In this document: positions 63,796 to 64,000 of the stretch, one piece after another
Position numbering within the stretch: position 1 is the first letter of the stretch
How the letters are laid out: each line of letters starts with the position of its first letter
Origin: Geosiphon pyriformis uo1
Lineage: Eukaryota > Fungi > Glomeromycota
Length of the DNA stretch: 64,000 nucleotides
Assembly: GCA_016748015.1 (NCBI GenBank)
Contig: JAAOMT010000557.1
Span: 1 to 64,000, forward strand
Direction: 5' to 3'
Position numbers and translations under genes: made by a program
Notes under the pieces: model-generated
Database searches by the model: none
Told to the model about the DNA's origin: nothing
Seen by the model: only the letters and a program-made list of their open reading frames with translations

Positions 63796-64000
63796 ATGTC
63801 GCAGGAGTCAGTCGAACCAATACGTTTCACAACCGGCTTCCTATTAAATTCTAACCTTACGGAAGTCTCTCCTTCAATAACAACAACGGTACTTACGGCG
63901 AGCCACGTTCCCCCCTCTAGCTCACCAAACCGACGCCGTAAATCTGGGTCAAGAAAACGATCTGCTCTACTACAAGACGCTGACCTTTATGATATTTCAA
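63796..64000 (+). CDS. 5' end of an unidentified gene, truncated by the window edge
   Basis: acaATGtcg starts a frame open to the window end (MSQESVEPIRFTTGF…SPNRRRKSGSRKRSALLQDADLYDIS), with an NLS-like basic cluster and a long pyrimidine-rich leader. Confidence 0.65.
   Translation, partial: MSQESVEPIRFTTGFLLNSNLTEVSPSITTTVLTASHVPPSSSPNRRRKSGSRKRSALLQDADLYDIS

Overview
Eukaryotic, very AT-rich genomic DNA from an early-diverging fungus. Short introns, gene sequences and transposon families suggest Glomeromycotina/Mucoromycota; the retroelement proteins remind me of Geosiphon-type sequences, which I cannot verify here. Compact CpG-containing gene islands are separated by transposon graveyards in progressive states of C->T/G->A decay. 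Host genes: a CHZ-domain histone chaperone, an ANKRD54-like ankyrin protein, NAT10/KRE33, complex I subunit NDUFS7/PSST, an acidic orphan ORF, the cohesin loader SCC2/NIPBL, and the 5' end of one more gene. Mobile DNA: a decayed hAT element interrupted by a full-length but inactivated Ty3/gypsy element (9424-17469, TSD ATAG), three pieces of related RNase H-bearing LINEs of different ages, a Tc1/mariner element inserted into one of them, and a probable solo LTR. The left end carries rearranged 28S rDNA fragments interleaved with tandem repeats. Best leads: (i) the gypsy PBS looks complementary to elongator tRNA-Met and both LTRs carry that tRNA's anticodon arm split at the intron position; (ii) a RIP-like, transition-only decay gradient outside Dikarya; (iii) an AT-AC (U12) intron in SCC2; (iv) a UUUAAAC -1 frameshift site and an extra 3' ORF in the gypsy element; (v) a TATA/MCB-headed chimeric 28S-repeat unit. 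All alignments were done by eye or from memory of conserved motifs; no database search was run.
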